Shown here: positions 11,386-23,300 of the stretch, one piece after another
Layout of the letters: every line of letters begins with the position of its first letter
Position numbering within the stretch: the stretch's first letter is position 1
From: Pavona decussata
Lineage: Eukaryota
Reading direction: 5' to 3'
Assembly: GCA_977016875.1 (NCBI GenBank)
Contig: CDRNST010000112.1
Span: 1,240,001-1,304,000, forward strand
DNA length: 64,000 bases
Program-made: the position numbers and the translations under genes
The notes under the pieces: model-generated
Told to the model about the DNA's origin: nothing
Databases searched by the model: none
What the model saw: only the letters and a program-made list of their open reading frames with translations

Positions 11386-13710
11386 TCTATTTGGGGGAAT
11401 TGGCGTTGCTGGAGGTTATCACTGTTAAAAGATTGCAGGCTTAAAATTTACGCACCACACAGTCAAACAGATGGCTCTGAAGAAGTCACGGCGTGCGGCG
11501 CTCTATCAGTTTCTTGCATGAACCTATGTATTGTGGAATTGACCAATGTATTCGGATAGCGCAGTTTTGAAAACATGGTGCGTAACTTGTCGCATTCTTT
11601 GGTAAAGGCTTCTTCAGTGGAAGATAGACGATACGCACGATCAACCATCGTGTTAACTAGGCCTTTCTTGTATCTATTGTCAACGTGGCTTTGAAAATGA
11701 AGCAGAAGTCCCGTGTCAGTTGGTTTTCTGTACACTTCTGTTTTTAGTGTGTTTCCACATCTTGTGATTACTGTCCCGAGGAAAGGAATAGAGCCTTCAT
11801 TTTCAAGTTCCATAGTAAAAACATAGGCTAGGATGGACGCTGTTAAGAACTTGGAGGAAGTCTGTCGCTGATTCTTTGTTGGGCATTTTGACGAGAGTGT
11901 CATCCACATATCTTCGATAAAAAGACGGGATCATGTTCTTTTGTTCCAGTTGGTTCTCTATATGGCACATGAAAACATTGGCCAGTAGTGGGCCAAGTGG
12001 CGAGCCCATGGCTACACCATCTATTTGCTCGAAAAGTCCACCGTTGAATTGAAACAGCTGGTTTGAAGTAACGATTTCTAGTAACTCTGTTAGTTGATCC
12101 TTTTGGAGTTGCATACTATGCGTTTCATTAAACCAGTCATCCTCGAAGGCTTTGTCTACGAGAATGTCAATGGTTTCCATCAGAGGAACATTGGTAAATA
12201 ATGCAGACACGTCGTAGGAGACAAGGATGTGGTCCGATTCGATGCCAGTGTTTCTTATTTCGTTGGTGAACCCGAAAATATCGTTAATACAACATTTGTT
12301 GGTAGATAGTGGCTTCAATTTATCTCACTCAGTCTAACCATTTCGCCAACGAATATGTTGTATGTACCAGAAGCTGATAAAATTGGTCTCATACATAGCC
12401 TTTCTTTGTGTGTTTTGGGGAGGCCATACAGGTGCGCAAGTCTGGAGCCTTTAGGGCAAAGCTGTTCGGCTGTGGCCTTGGGTAGAATCCGATGTACCCT
12501 CTCGTGGAGCTGTTTTTCTTTCTCCAGAAGTGGGTGGAAATGTTTAGGAGGTCTCCCTCTGGATTTTGGACGGTGTTGGTCGACGTGGGCGAACTTCATG
12601 AGTCGTTGATCGAGGCCTCACGTAGAAGACGAAGGTACTCGTCTTTGTCCATTATTACAACACCTGAGCCTTTGTCCGGTTTGGAAATGATAATGTCATC
12701 CCTTCGTTTGAGGTTGTTAACGGATCTCAGCAGCGCTTTAGGAGGAGAGGGGCCTTTCTTCGCAATATAGTTGAGTGCGATCGAGCGTAAGGTGGCGGAT
12801 GTCAGATCTTTTAGCTTGGGATCTGTGATGAGAGGCTCTAATTTCCAAAACGCTTTTTCGAAGCTAGCTTGGACATCTTTGCTAGAGCAGTGCTGAGGAA
12901 GTGAGAATTTAAGACCTCGACATAAGATAAGCTTCTCGAAAAAAGATAAGCGACATGAGGAAATGTTGTTGATGTGTTCGACAGTGTCGATGTCCTTGGA
13001 TGTTAATCGAGAAAGCTTCTTGGTGTGACACTTCATCATCTCTTGAAACTGAGTTCTTTGCAGCGACCGAAGTATTTTAATAATGACGACACATTTGAAA
13101 GCCGAGCAAGTTTCGCGTAAGTCACGCAGGCTGTAAGTGAGATCTTCTTTCAGTTGTTTGATCTGTGACAAACTTCAACGAGCTCTCTCTCAAAATTGGA
13201 AGAAGATTTCTTACACTTATTGGATCTTGTAGCAACAGCTTTCGCAAAGGTTGGAATTACGTCGAAGTTCTGACAAAGTCGTAAGAAATTGATGGCGCCT
13301 TCACATTTGGTGAGTCGAATACTGTACTTTTCCAAGCGTTTGAAGAGGTGCAGTTGATTGTCGCGTTTTAACGTATACGTAACAGGAGCGATTTGGAAAA
13401 AATTTTTATCGAAAAGTTAAACGCTGAAAGATTCTTTAAAAACATTTTAAAACTCTAAAAAGCGGACTTTTCGAGCAAACAGATGGTGTAGCCATGGGCT
13501 TGCCACTTGCCCTTATTGGCCAATGTTTTCATGTGCCATATAGAGAACCAACTGGAACAAAAGAACGTGATCCCGTCTTTTTATCGAAGATATGTGGATG
13601 ACACTCTCGTCAAAATGCCCAACAATGAGCCAGCGACAGACTTCCTCCAAGTTCTTAACAGCGTCCATCCTAGCCTATCTTTACTATGGAACTTGAAAAT
13701 GAAGGCCTCT

Positions 13711-14393
13711 CTCAAGCAGTTTAAGGCCTGGGTTTGAAGGGTGTTCAGAAATTATGAATGATCCACTATATCTTCGGTTTGTGTGCCTAGAACAGGATGA
13801 AATTTTCCCTGAATATAAAGCTCGATGCTTTCTTTTGCCTTAACGTATAATTTTGATCACGTGACACATCACGTGACCAAAAAATGAAAATTTCGTAAAT
13901 CGGCGATACGGTGGCGAATTTTCTTTATATAGATAACTGAATTAGTGTTTCCAAAGCAGATTTAAAATGTTGAACATTCTAAGTTTGGAATGACTGTCCT
14001 CAAGTTTTTAAATTGGAGAAATTAACTATCAAAGGTTGAATTGTGGACTAAGAAATGACCTTTGTACTGACAATTTTTTTCTGGAGAACAATGGACGATC
14101 ATTCCAAACGTGAAGCGATGGAGATATTTAATCTTTATTAGAAACGCGTTTTTGTTTGATGTTTTCTCTTAAAACCGTCGCCTACCTGTCAAATCTTTGC
14201 CTTTTTTACAAAAGCGATCACGTGACATGTCACGTGATCTATAGCACTACTTATTAAGCTTAGAAATTTTAAGAATGATAAGATCTTTTTATCTGCCAAA
14301 TTTCAGTTCATTGCCATTGAATTTGTTAAAGTTATCTCGAATAAACCATTTTTCCTCATAAAAGCCCTTAACCCAGGCCTTAAACTGCTTGAG
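13711..14393. mobile_element. Non-autonomous DNA transposon inserted in the Penelope + arm RT
   Basis: Perfect 24-bp TIRs CTCAAGCAGTTTAAGGCCTGGGTT / complement (13711-13734, 14370-14393). It splits the RT sequence ENEGS/IPFLG that is contiguous in the - arm. Subterminal TCACGTGA palindromes. Confidence 0.85.
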
Positions 14394-14899
14394 TATTCCT
14401 TTCCTCGGGACAGTAATCACAAGATGTGGAAACACACTAAATACAGAAGTGTACAGAAAACCAACTGACACGGGACTTCTGCTTCATTTTCAAAGCCACG
14501 TTGACAATAGATACAAGAAAGGCCTAGTTAACACGATGGTTGATCGTGCGTATCGTCTATCTTCTACTGAAGAAGCCTTTACCAAAGAATGCGACAAGTT
14601 ACGCACCATGTTTTCAAAACTGCGCTATCCGAATACATTGGTCAATTCCACAATACATAGGTTCATGCAAGAAACTGATAGAGCGCCGCACGCCGTGACT
14701 TCTTCAGAGCCATCTGTTTACATTAAATTACCTTTCAGAGATCAGCGATCAGCTGATCGCGTCCGCAATGAAATCAATTCTCTGGGATCTATGATTAATG
14801 TCAACATAAAACCCGTCTTTACCAGCAGGAAATTATTGCAAACTTTGAGTGTAAAGGAAAACAAGCCTCCGATCGTCTACACGCAGTGCGTTGTACATT

Positions 14900-15346
14900 T
14901 TTTTCAATTTCAATTCAGTTCAATTCGTTTATTTTGCCATTAACCAAAAAATACAACATAAATACATTATAGACGACACACAATATTTTAACTATTACAA
15001 TGTTCATACTTAACTATTTACAATATTAAATGTGTTAAAGGCTAGGATGCCTATATAGAAGCCGGGGGCTTATTAACTATAGGCTTCCTAGAACTATAGG
15101 ATAAACCATAGAAGTTAAGGCACTGATTGAAAATTCCAATTAATTTTTTTTAAAAGAAGAAAAAAAAAAAAAAAAAGAAAGAAAGAAAAGAAAGGGTAAA
15201 GAAAAGGTGTGTAGCTCAACAAAGAGTCAATTTAACTTAGAAAGAAGGAATTTTTTTAAGTCTTTTGCCAAACAAACTGATACTTTCACTGTTTTGAATT
15301 TCACGACTTAGCGAGTTGAAAAACGTAGGACCTTGAAACCGAATTG
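14900..15346 (-). mobile_element. L2/CR1-clade LINE 3' fragment inserted in the Penelope + arm
   Basis: The - strand encodes IRFQGPTFFNSLSREIQNSESISLFGKRLKKFL* followed by an A/T-rich 3' UTR; it interrupts the GIY-YIG VV(Y/H)/SFQCD. Confidence 0.7.
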
Positions 15347-15729
15347 ATTCATTCCAATGTGATTTGTGCGATGCAATTACTGCCCGACACTTACACCAGC
15401 GCATTAGTGAACACCGCTATTCTGCTATCGGGAAACACTTTGAAACACAACATGGCAACACCAGAGCAAAGATCGATCACCTCTTTAAAGTCCTAAAGAA
15501 ATGCAGAAGCAAGTTCGATTGCCTAATATACGAGATGCTGTTTATAAAGGACATCAAGCCTTCTCTCAACACCCAAAGTGACTCAATTTGCGCCAAACTT
15601 TTCACTTGACACTTTCTTTTCTTTGCTACTGGCTCGCTTTGTTTTGCTTTGGGTAATATACCCATAGGACACACAAATATTTTATTGTTTTACGTCTTTA
15701 TATATTCTTGTTTTAGCTTTTACCTTTTT

Positions 15730-15767
15730 GACTTGATAATGGCGTAGAGTAACGCCGAAACGTCGTC
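15730..15767 (+). ncRNA. Minimal hammerhead ribozyme motif in the Penelope pLTR (sense to the dioxygenase pre-mRNA)
   Basis: GACTTGATAATGGCGTAGAGTAACGCCGAAACGTCGTC, identical to the reverse complement of 9402-9439; predicted cleavage after C15764. Confidence 0.8.
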
Positions 15768-16312
15768 CGCTTTTTAGTTTTTAAAATGTTTTTAAAGAAT
15801 CTTTTAGCGTTTAACTTTTCGATAAAATAAATTAGCTTAATTCACATAATTATTTAGAGAATCTAGCACAACCACATAACCCCGAAGCGTGACGTTACAT
15901 TTTACGTGACTACTACAGAAACAACGGGCAACGACCCGTCGTGGCTATTCTAAAAACCCATTTTACCGCTTTGTATAAAAGCCCTGCATTTTATTGATTT
16001 TCTTTTTGTTTTTTTCTTATTTTCTTCACTAAAACCCCTTCCATCTTTGTTAATGTTACAAACCTTGCGCATTCAAAACCTTGTAACACAACTCTGATGT
16101 ACTGGACAGCCAAGTGTCATGTCTATTATTGTGACCAGATTGTGACTTTGGTTTACCTGTGGCACGGACATACTTGCATCTATGTTCTGCTTATGCCGTA
16201 TGTGTTAACGTAGTCTCCTGCGCGTTGCGTAAGGCGTTGTGTGACTCCAGCCCGAGCGGCTGCGAAAAAGACTAGTGTTAACCAGACTTTTATTTAGTTC
16301 GACAGATTGAAT

Positions 16313-19300
16313 ATGGCAGTTTGCCTTCTGGGACGTCGCGCATCAACCTCCAGACTTCCTACATTCTGCTTCCTTGTGAGCCGAAAACAACCTTTGGCGG
16401 GTAACATTTGCTTATTTTCAACACAAGCAAGCACCAAACCAGCCATCTTTCAGAGGATACCCAGGGAGGAACTAGTGCCTAAAATCAAGTCAAGACTTAA
16501 AGACAGACCATATATGGTAGGCTCAACTGGCCAAGGTTTCCCAGAGTTCCTTGGAGAGCCCACAGAGTCATTCCCACATGGGGTGTTTGTTAACAATCCT
16601 CACCAGGCCTCTCTCGCTGAGCTGACTGCGAAATGTATGGAATACGTAGAAAAAAACCTCACAGACAATCCTGCCATATTATTCCGCAATCTCCCAGCTC
16701 AAACTGCGCAGGATTTTTCCATCATTGCTCAGGAAATCCCGTGGAAGACTTTGGAGTTTAGAGGTGGTCCAAACTACCGCAATAAAGTTGACAAGAATGT
16801 AGGCACGTACACCTCTAATGACGACCCTGGTGAGATCTGTATAGACCCACACAACGAATTGTCTTACACTGACAGTTACCCATCGAAGGTGAGATGTATG
16901 CAGTATTCTGACACGTGAACTCAATCCCTCCTGTGAGAAAACATGCCCGCCGAGCACTCCCACTGGCACAAAATTCTGTCTTAGTTTACAAACGCGAAAT
17001 TAAAATCATAACAAAGCTAGTGGATCATCGATTGTACAAAGTGTCAAGGGACTAGCGAAATTGGTTTGTCATACCGAGGATTCGTTATATCGAGGTTTTG
17101 TTCCATACATTTTAAATGGGCGGGGAGAGGACATGTTGAGGAGTAACGTAAACGCTATATAGAGGTTCCACTGCAGTGAAATTTAGCGTAACCTTGATTT
17201 ATATAGAGTAAAATGAGACACGAGCCGAAAAATTTCGAAAACTGAATAAGGGCTTAACAGCCAAGAGACTGGCAGCTTATCCAGTGATCTAGTGAATAAA
17301 TGAATGAGTAATCAAGCGTCAGAGTGGTCACATGCCATTCAAACCCACTTAAAAAAAACATGAATTAATTAATTGTAGTAAATTCATCAGAGACGTTTAA
17401 TAGCCGGTTACACGGGACGTAAAAAAAGTAGAACGAAGTAAACCAACTTTTCACAGCAAGATCAAGGCAGCAGTTTAACTTGGAGAAAAATGCCATACAT
17501 TGAACATATTTGACAGCTTTTTGGAATACTTTTTTTACCCCCAATTTTCTCTTTGGATACCAGCAGCCCTTCCTAGCTTAGATCTACTTTTCCCACGTAG
17601 TCATAACAGCGCAACAAAATGCTGTATATTTTAGTGTGTAAGATACCATCCTTTCAAGCTGTTGATAATAAGATCACTATCCAACCAATTTTAAAAAATA
17701 AAATTCTCTCGAATAATACACCCAGTCCAAACATGACCCACTTACTCCTTTCAATGAATATATAAGCCAGGAGTTTTAAATTTCGATTTTCATAGTATAA
17801 CATTCAAGCCATTTCTAGGTGCTAATTAGTACTCGTCACCCTCCCTACCCCACAGATTTTCTTTTTCTGCGTCCAAGAGCCTGCTGACGGCTGCGGAGGT
17901 GAAACACCTATTGTTAAAAACAGCGAACTTCTCTCCGCACTGGATCCCGACATTGTGCAGAAATTTGAGGAAAAGCAAGTGCGATACGTGAGATACTACC
18001 CTGACAAGTGCAATACAGAGTATCTGAACTGGCAACATGTGTATCAAACGGAGGACAGAGAGGTGAGAACAAGCTGCAAAACATTCGCTCTTTTCTCTTT
18101 TCCTCTCTAGCAACTACCTGCTAATTAAACAACAACAACAACAACAAGAAAACAGAATACTCTAGCTAGAAAGTTCCTTTATTATTATTATATGCGCGAT
18201 TGAGAGACCATTTCTAAAATTCTTGTTTTGGGGTACATCCGGGTCTCCGAAGATGCAAGAACAATTAAAGCAGTCGGCTACGCCGATAAAACACTTGCAG
18301 TCGTTTTAATCCCGTATTTCTTATGGAAACACGAAATTTTCAGTTCAAGTACTTGGCACAGAGCTGCTGATTATTCCTGTGGTTGTTTCTATTAGATTTT
18401 GTGCCATTTCGCTGATTCTCGGCAAACTCTTCGTTATTTGCAAGAAAGAAGTGTTTCTATAACTTTGGGTTATGTCATGTAAGTAATATTTTTAGGTCAT
18501 GCAATACGACTTTGATCACTAAACAACTTAACAACGTGATTAGTTTTTGTAAGAGTCGACAGTGTCACTAGCTTTGCTGTCTGTTTGTTCGTTCAATCAT
18601 TCCTTTTTTCTATTGCAAACACTTTGTTGGTGTACAAATGAGTAACAATATATACACATTATATTAACACTAACAACAACAATGGCAACCAAGAAAAGGA
18701 GAATAATACAATTGTTCGGTTATTACAATAAAACGATTTTCAGCACTGTACTGAAAAGAAACAGAATATTACATTGAACTGATGCAAAGACCACACTACA
18801 CTGAGGACATAATTAATCACTTTACGACGTACAGACTGATATTGATAATGCTGGGAAAGGAACATGCCACTTTTGCTGTTCCTTCCGTTACCCAGACTTT
18901 AAACTTCACAACTGTCTGCAGTTTTTCCTTTTGTCCTTTGAGCGAAAGTCTTGAGCGAAGAGGGAAAGTGAGACTCGAGCTACCATCCACTCTTTTGGCG
19001 CTTCACGCTTCACAAGATGGCGTTGTTGTTGTTGTTTCGTTTTTACGTTGTTGTTGCTTTTTTCCATTGTTTTTATATTTCTTCTGTTTTGTGTGTGTTT
19101 TTGTTGTTGTTGTTATTGAATTGGTTTTATTTCTGGTTTATAGGTTGTAGAAAAACAGGCCAAATTACAAGGCAGTAACCTCGCATGGGACCCCAATGGA
19201 GATTTGTACGTTTGGCAAAACAGACCGGCCTGTATACATCACCCGATAACAGGCAGGAAGACATGGTTTAGCCAAGTGACAACACATCATGGATCGTATT

Positions 19301-19545
19301 ACCGGCTATTATCAGAGAATGCTGAGATCCCGGATAATAAATTGCCCGCTAACACTTATTACGGCGATGGAAGCACAGTCGAGCCCGAGGTACTACAACA
19401 CCTACTGGCCAGCGGCTGGTCATGCGCGATAGGATTCAAGTGGAGGAAGGGTGATTTGTTGGTGTTGGATAACCTGGCTGCTCAGCATGGCAGAGTTGGA
19501 TTTAAAGGCGACAGAGAGATATTAGTTTGTATGACTGCCTCATAG
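16313..19545 (+). CDS. TauD/TfdA-family Fe(II)/2-oxoglutarate dioxygenase (SyrP/DdaC-like), copy 1, 394 aa
   Basis: Exons 16313-16888, 17856-18062 and 19144-19545, all phase 0, GT-AG. Motifs [17 protein letters not shown] (HxE), IFFFC...[30 protein letters not shown]. Arg/Ser-rich, acid-free N-terminus. Confidence 0.92.
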
Positions 19546-20372
19546 ATTCTTAAGCTTAAGTTATACGTGAAGAACCAAACACGTATTTACTCAGTTAGAC
19601 TTCAGTGTATTTGTTGCCGCGTGCTGAAATGATGCCTTGGAGTCTTGATTTGCTTAGTTTAAGGGATAACTGGTAGGATTGATATTGTAACAAATATCGA
19701 AAAGTGTCAGTAATGTTTAAAAAAACACACAGACGTTTCGGGTTTAAGGTGGCCGACGACGATTTTTCATTGCACACACCTTCCTAAGTTTGAACAGCTG
19801 GCATTTCACTATCGCAGATAAAGAGGTCAAAATGTTCTTCCCACTACAGTCTGGTTGAACTTGCCAAAAAAGTATATACATCATACATTAGTGTTACCAT
19901 AACAACGCAGCGATGGCGTCATGTATTTTATATGGCGCCAGTTTTCTCAACATCTAGCTGAAATTCATCTCTTTCATTTGAAAAAAGAAAAAATCCCAGT
20001 GTGGTTTTTTTCGTTTCCTGCACTACTGCGCTGGTGAACACGCATGATGTGAGACAAAATCGTCAACGCGCGTATCTGTCCTGCAAGTTTCAGACGCAGT
20101 AATATTATGCATCCTTCCATAATCCTTAATATTAGTTTATCCTTAACTTGAGACTTTTTTAGCTAGTGTTGTAATTTAGTTACAATTTTTTTATTTGTAA
20201 TTTCCTTTTTCTTCTTCCCCCGCCTCGATTAGCCAGCTACATGTGGGTGGAAGAATTTTGTATAAATTTATCGATTGTGTTGCAGTAAAGGTATGTTGTT
20301 GTTATTGTTGTTGTTGACGAGTAAACCGCCAATAGTTTCGAAAAAAAAAACATACAGGAAAACGAAAAGAAG

Positions 20373-23300
20373 AACACACACTTTAGTGGCAAAATAAACC
20401 TGTTACAAAAAGCATTGAAAAAACAGACCTTTGTTCTTAACATGAATAATATTAGCGAGCGGTACAAAACATTGGTTTTTCTCAAAAGCAGTTATAAAAT
20501 CAAGGTATAAAGGTGACAAATGGCTGTTTGTTAATTTGGAAACGTAGTGCTGATAGTGTAATACAGTTTAAGTTGTAAAAATATTCTAACATAGTTCATT
20601 TAGCGAATTGATGTGTTCTTTGTTTTATTCGTTCGAAATCTGTTGGTGACACTCGGTGAAAAAAGTTAGGTGTATAAATCATAAATCATAAAGAGACATA
20701 GTATAGAGACTTTTCTCCAAATAGCCTTCTGTGGTATTCTTTTTTTTTTTTTTTTTTTTTTTTTATTCATAGCAACGACACGTACAAACAATACTACGTT
20801 ACATGACTATTTGAGTTACACTACTATTACTACATTACATTACATTGCTTGACCTACTTACAGAAATTGTACTTACATTGCTTGTATTCTTTTTAACTAA
20901 TTACGAAATAAATACACGTGCTACGTCATCCTGCATACGATGCTAACACAACACACACACACATACACACACACGCACCCCACCCACACATACAAGAGAT
21001 AATAAAAGATTCCCCTTACTCAACTTTCATACTTAAAGTGCTTCACGCATCGTAGTTGCTGAGAGTGGTCCACTTAGCTCTATATTTTTCGTAATTGGAA
21101 TTTCTAATGGCTATTTGTCTTTCACATTTGATCTTGCTGTCTAGTAAGGCAAGAAAGACCTTTAAATTTGGAGTCTCATGCAGACTGGTTTCTTGCAAGA
21201 AAAACATGATATTTAGCAATAAGAAGATAATGGTTTAACGCGTAGAAGGTGGTCGTTTCAGGTTTGTAACCGTACAGGATTTCAGTATTCCTAGGACTAA
21301 TGTTGTCAGAGCGCTTAGCATTCCACCACATCATTATGTCTTTCCAAAAGATTTTAACGTCGGGGCATTCGCAAAGCATGTGAATAAGCGTTTCGTTCGG
21401 AAAGAGGCAGCGTTCACATTCTGGAGAAGCCTTTATATTCATTTTGTAAAGAGAGTGATTAGTGGGTATGATGTTATGAATTAGTTTGAATTGGAAGCTC
21501 CTCAGTTTGTTTTCGACTGTGACTTTAAAAGGAAGCTCGTATACTGCCTTTACATTCAACCCTTGTTTTCTAAGATTGATTTCAACGATGGGGGGAGAAA
21601 AGGATCTTTCTGCAAGCATCACACGGGCTTTTTTTGTAGAGGAGATGTCAAGGAATGGAACTGGTTCGTTATCGCCGTTAGTGAGATTACCTACGATTTC
21701 GCTTTTCCAAATTTTAGGGATTGCCGCAAGAACACCAGCATAATCGAGAAAAGTAGAGCGAACGCTATATTTGCATTTGAAGTTTTCGAACGAAAGGAAC
21801 TGGCCATGGATGTTTAGGAGGTCGCTTATTTTCAAAATGCCTTTATTAGCCCATGATCTATAATAAAACGATTTTCCGTTTATCTTTATGAACCAAGTTT
21901 GGCGAGAGCTAAGTTTTTGACGATGGCAATTCTGCCTAAGATCGTTAAATGTCTACTTGACCAAGTATTTAGAACTTTTTTGAGTTTGGCAAGCCTCTCG
22001 TCGAAATTGATTTTATTCCCAACCTGAACATGATAAGGAAAAGCGATTCCAAGCGCAATGACGTATTGCTTCGGCCATGAAATGCCAAAAGGTTCTTCTT
22101 TGCCTAATCGGCTTTTCAAAGGACCAAGCCAAAGACCCTCGGTTTTTGACTTATTGATTTTCAAGCCGGAAAGGTCACCGAACTGATCGAGAAGAGTTAG
22201 TAGGGACACCGCGGATGAATCGTTGCGAATGAAAGCGGTGGTGTCGTCAGCGTACATACTGAGTTTAGTGATCTTATTTCCGTTTTCAAGTCCTTTGATT
22301 GATTCATCGATTCTTATTTGGTGGGCGAGTGGCTCCACAGCTAGAACAAAGAGTAAACCTGAAAGAGGACAACCCTGTCTAACACCCCTTTGGAGAGAAA
22401 AAAATTCCGACGAGTAGCCATTATTTACAACACAGCTAGAAATGTTGGTGTAAAACGTTTTGATCCAGTTGAGGAAACTTGGACCGAAATTCATAGTGTT
22501 AAGCACTTTAAAGAGAAAGTCCCATTCTAAAGAATCAAAGGCCTTTTCAAAGTCAAGGAAAAGTATCATTCCGTCCTTGTTTTCATATTGTTCAATTATA
22601 TCCGAAATTAAGCGAATATTTTCACCAATAAATCTACCTTTGATGTACCCAGTTTGATCACCGTTTATCAAGTACGGAAGTACTTTCTCTAAACGTTTCG
22701 CAATACATTTGGTTGCTAATTTGTAGTCTGTGTTTAGAAGGGAAATAGGGCGCCAATTTTTTAACAGAAGAGGATCTTTATTCTTTTTTGGGATCAGGGA
22801 GATGATTCCTTGACTCTGAGAGATAGAAAGTTCTCCTAGTGAGGCACTGTGATTGAAGCAGTCTATCAAAGGACCAGAAACATCGGGCCAGAAACGAAGG
22901 TAAAATTCTGCTGTTAACCCATCTGTGCCAGGAGTCTTGTTAGGTTGAAACGTTTTCAACGCGGCAAGGCATTCCTCTGCGGTTATCAGACCTTCGCAAA
23001 GGTCTTGCTTTGTACTGTCGAGTTTTGGTAAGGATTCACAATCGAAAAAGGTAGAAAAGCGTTCAGCTGAAAGCTGGTTTTGAGAGGTGTAAAGCTGATT
23101 GTAAAAATTTTTCATGGCGGTTAATATAGTTTTTGGATCCTCTACAGTACTACCGTCAGGTGTCTTCAGCTTTGTTATATGTTTCTTTACATAACTTCTT
23201 TTTTCTAAGTTAAAAAAGTATTTGTTGCATTTTTCTCCTAATTCATACCATCTAGCCCTACTCCGGATAATAGACCCTTTAGTTTTTTGCACGGCAATTT

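Larger units (their letters stand above)
9315..15827. mobile_element. Penelope-like element (RT + GIY-YIG): near-full copy on - joined to an inverted 5'-truncated copy on +
   Basis: - arm 13467-9315 has a frameshifted ORF with LYGLPKTHK, SYDVSALFTNVP, GVAMGSPLGP, RYVDDT and GIY-YIG-type VVYSFQCDLCDANYVGFT; it is interrupted by an insertion at 10009-11464. + arm 13464-15827 repeats RT-to-3' end. 10-bp TSD TAAATTAGCT at 9305-9314 and 15828-15837. The empty site is recognisable in the copy 2 intron near 27810-27870. Confidence 0.93.

Noticed and set aside
9029-16888. Diversity-generating-retroelement-like layout (RT + template repeat + variable repeat + hairpin)
   Set aside because: The RT is a decayed Penelope RT. 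Only 4 of the 11 repeat differences are at template adenines, and most are ordinary transitions of both kinds, so there is no adenine-specific mutagenesis signature.
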